The translations under genes and the position numbers were made by a program. Under the pieces are notes generated by a model. That model saw only the letters and a program-made list of their open reading frames with translations, was not told the DNA's origin and searched no databases. Source: Podarcis gaigeae (Eukaryota). From it: a stretch of DNA of 64,000 nt. Location of the stretch: NCBI GenBank assembly GCA_964106915.2, contig OZ066918.1; one strand, written 5' to 3'. Positions within the stretch are counted from its first letter, which is position 1. The number at the start of each line of letters is the position of its first letter. Shown here in pieces: positions 60,708-64,000 of this stretch.

Positions 60708-63700
60708 AGTCTGCAGGGTAGCATTATTGAACGGGAAGTTCCTGCATTAACAAAAGTTGTGGGCGACGGCGGCAGGGTGGAGATTAACAGCAGCAATTTT
60801 CCTGTGCAACTGAAACACAGCGACTAGTTCTGGTGCTTTCATTCTAAAGTTGTGAGGAGTTTTCAAGAAGAGCAAGATGTTAAAAAGCACTGGAAAGCAC
60901 AGAAACATCAAAAAGCAAGTCAAAGTCCATTTTATGCTGAATATTTATCTCAATATAGTAAGACGTATGCCATGGCTCAGGTCTGGCTGAGGACAAGCGG
61001 ACTGACTGGAAACTGGAATCTCTGATGACAGTATGGAGTGGAATGGAGACAGGAGAGGGGATGGAGAAAGAGTCTCTGCCACATGTCCAATACAAACCAG
61101 TGTGTGCAAACCTCACACCAGAGAGGGTCAGGAAGCTTTTCTCTTCATTGGATAGAATGGCCTTGTAAATGTGTGCAAACAACCAGACCACAGAAAGTTA
61201 AATCAGAGCTAAGACCTGCATGCACAGGACACACACACACACACAATGCCCAGGGCTCCATTTTGGAGTGTGTAAAATAACAACAAAGCAAAGGGGTGCC
61301 TCCAGGGAGGAAAGCACGGTGAGCTTCAAAGACTTTACTCTCTGCCTCTTATAGCTGAGGATACTTTCCAAGACTGTTTAACATTTTATACTAATCGTTC
61401 AGCATTTGAGTGCATGAGGCATTGTCCATTAGCTGTCGCTGCAAAGAGGCAAGCAAACTGGACTCTACTAACCAGGCAGGCTGCAGGCTACCAGTGATGG
61501 ACCAGTGCCCACAAGGATGACCTCAAGGGATAGGAACGCTTTTGGTTTCTTCCCTTAGGTGAAACGTTAGGGGAGCAAAGTATGCACCCCCATGAAAGTA
61601 TCAGATAGATGATGAAAGGCCACTGAGAGAAAGGCAGGGAAGTGAAGATATCCCAGGGTGAAAAAAGAGAAGAAAGGGAAGGTGGGATTAAGAGCTAGCT
61701 TTGTATACAGAAAAGTATGTGCGTTTGTACACTATTTCTGCACTTTAGGTATCCAGCAGGTTTTCCCCTCCCATATTTATCAAGAGGCTATTGTTCTTAG
61801 ATATGCGCTATGTTCTATAGTTGCACCTGAGATAAGTAGGCAATAACTCCGTTGAGTTGTGATATTCACTGCTGGGAAGACATTGTGTATAATTTGACAT
61901 TACTGCTTAGTATGTCTTGCTCATAAAGTATTATGTACTTTTATATATTCTCCACTACAATTCATAATACGCAATAATTGGTATGTATATAAACTGGTTT
62001 TTTTATTGTATGGATATTTAGTAACATATTGACATATATTGCTTATTATGTTCTATGCTGTAAATCACCCTGTGGTCGTTTGATGAAGGGCAGTATATAA
62101 ATTAATAAAGAAATGTAAAAATAAATAAACAAACTGCTACTAAGAAAATTCAGCATGCAACCCTTCTTGAGAAACTGGGGGGATGGGCATGGCTCCCAGT
62201 ATGGCTCTCTGCTAGGCTTGAACCCCAGTTCCTCTGACTCCAAGAAAGTACAGGCTGTAGCCATCTTAGAAAATATGACTGTGATTAAATCATCAGAACA
62301 TCAATAAATGGCACAGTATTCTTAGCAGTATTGCAACAAAGGCAGCGATTTTTAGCCCTCATGCCAGAGAAGCTGGGAAATGCAACCACAAAAATAAAGA
62401 AACCACATCATAAAAGAACATAAAAGGTCAAAATGTGTAAACCCTGACTCATGATATTTGAACGCCCAGAGTGGACAATGGCCCCACACAACTTGAGGAC
62501 GTGGCTCTGAACCAAGCCTTTAAAAACTTTATAATGCTTGCTGTGGACCCATGTGGATTTCGGAAGAGAAGATTGCAACAAGAGGTGCTGTCATCCAGGA
62601 CTCTGTGGCACAGTTCACACCTGTGAGCCAGGCTCCTGGTTTATTCCTCCCAGACAAGCCACGAGTGGTAAGCCACAGAACAAGCCTTGGCTGCAGCTCG
62701 TGGCTTTTCTGGATTGAGACAAACTGTGAGGTTCAGATGTAACCCTAAGCCAAACCATAGCTTGCAGCATGAAGGCAGAAAGAGCAAAGCAGCTTGCACT
62801 TTTCTTTCCAGTAACCTAAATGTTTGCTCATGTGTGCCAAGCCACTATTTGGTTTAGTGTGATGTATAATGGGCCACAGAGTCCTTGGTGACAGCACATC
62901 TTGTTCCTCCCTCCCAAGACATCCACCTTCCCCTTCCAGTTCCTCCTTCCTGGTCCCATTTGCCATCTCTCTTGGCTCCATTCTTTCCCTTCCTCCTCCC
63001 CGCCCCCCAAACACACTTCTCTCTTCTGCATCTAGGAATCAGATCACTTGGGAATTTTTTTAAAAAGAGAAGTTAATGATTGACTGAAGCTGGAACAGCT
63101 TCCTTGCTGCAACCAGTTATATTGGTACCCATGCATTCTATGAAGAGTGCCATTCCAGCCAAAGTGGGTGGAGTGCTGACATCAAACGAATATTCCTATC
63201 TGTTTCAGCTTCCCTTGATGACCTGTTAAATCCCATTGCCCTCCCAAGGCTTAGGATAAAATAGCTCAATTCCTCACTCCCTCTGCCCCACATGTCTTAC
63301 AAAGGACTTAAGGGTACAATTTTCCTGTGAAATCCATTCTCTGCCTAGTTTATCCAGCCACCAGGGGCTACATCTAATCTTGATGAAAGGTATATTTAAA
63401 AAAATCACTACTGAGGGCATCAGGGGTTGATGATGGAAGGACAGAAAAATATACTGGGGTGTCTATTTCTGGCTGGGTTCTGCAGGTTGGTAAAGTCCAT
63501 GCTAATGGCTCTTCAGGTTGCAAACATGCTGCACAGTGAAGTACTGCCTAACCAGTCTTTGTATAACTATGTGAGACTGCCAACAAAAACATGGAGATCA
63601 ATTAGACTGATCCAGTTGACATAATTGGACTGCCAGCAAACGTCTGAGAGAGTTTCCCACCAAAACCTCTTGAGTAAACTTAGCAGTCATGGGATAAGAG

Positions 63701-64000
63701 AACAGGTCTGCTTATGGAATGGCAAGTGATCAAACAATCAAAAGCAGAGAGAATAAACAAATGAGGGAAATAAGCCATGAAGGCTACCCTGAAGGACTTT
63801 CTATTGTGAGAAGCAATATTTAACTTGTTGACAAATTATCTGGAGGCAGGTATGAGATTTGCAAATGACCGCCAAAATATTCAGCACAGGAAAATCCTAA
63901 GGAGACTGTTAGGTACTCCAAAAGGATCCCTCAAAACTGTGAAGGGACAGCAAAATGACAGATATTTGGTTCTTATGCTGTGTAGCATGTGTGATCTGGA

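Noticed and set aside
59000-64000. First (signal-peptide) coding exon of the prominin gene
   Set aside because: No exon with a signal peptide or a VQPNPFP-like end was found; it probably lies beyond the window

Overview
Vertebrate genomic DNA from a squamate, probably a lacertid lizard, judged from two Sauria-type SINEs with (ACCTTT)n tails. Three protein-coding genes could be rebuilt by hand from GT-AG sites and reading frame. (1) The 5' half of ARMH3/C10orf76 on the minus strand: a putative non-coding exon 1 near 26.0 kb, then 12 coding exons (19115 to 384, 318 codons), continuing off the left edge. (2) Single-exon HPS6 on the plus strand (28770-31217, 815 aa), head-to-head with ARMH3. (3) A prominin-family five-transmembrane gene on the minus strand: 23 coding exons (58997 to 38665, about 762 codons), with the signal-peptide exon apparently beyond the right edge. 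Its position next to HPS6 suggests the non-mammalian prominin-3-type paralogue rather than PROM1 or PROM2. Introns carry many datable insertions: a solo LTR, RTE-X-like, CR1, L2 and L1 fragments, SINEs, and Tc1/mariner and hAT MITEs, several nested and with visible target-site duplications (TSDs). There is also an unexplained 139-bp, 98%-identical local duplication. Most short ORFs in the track are noise. I found no evidence of a wholly new system; the best leads are the prominin paralogue, its tail micro-exon, and the 139-bp duplication. Gene and repeat-family identities come from recalled sequences, not database searches.
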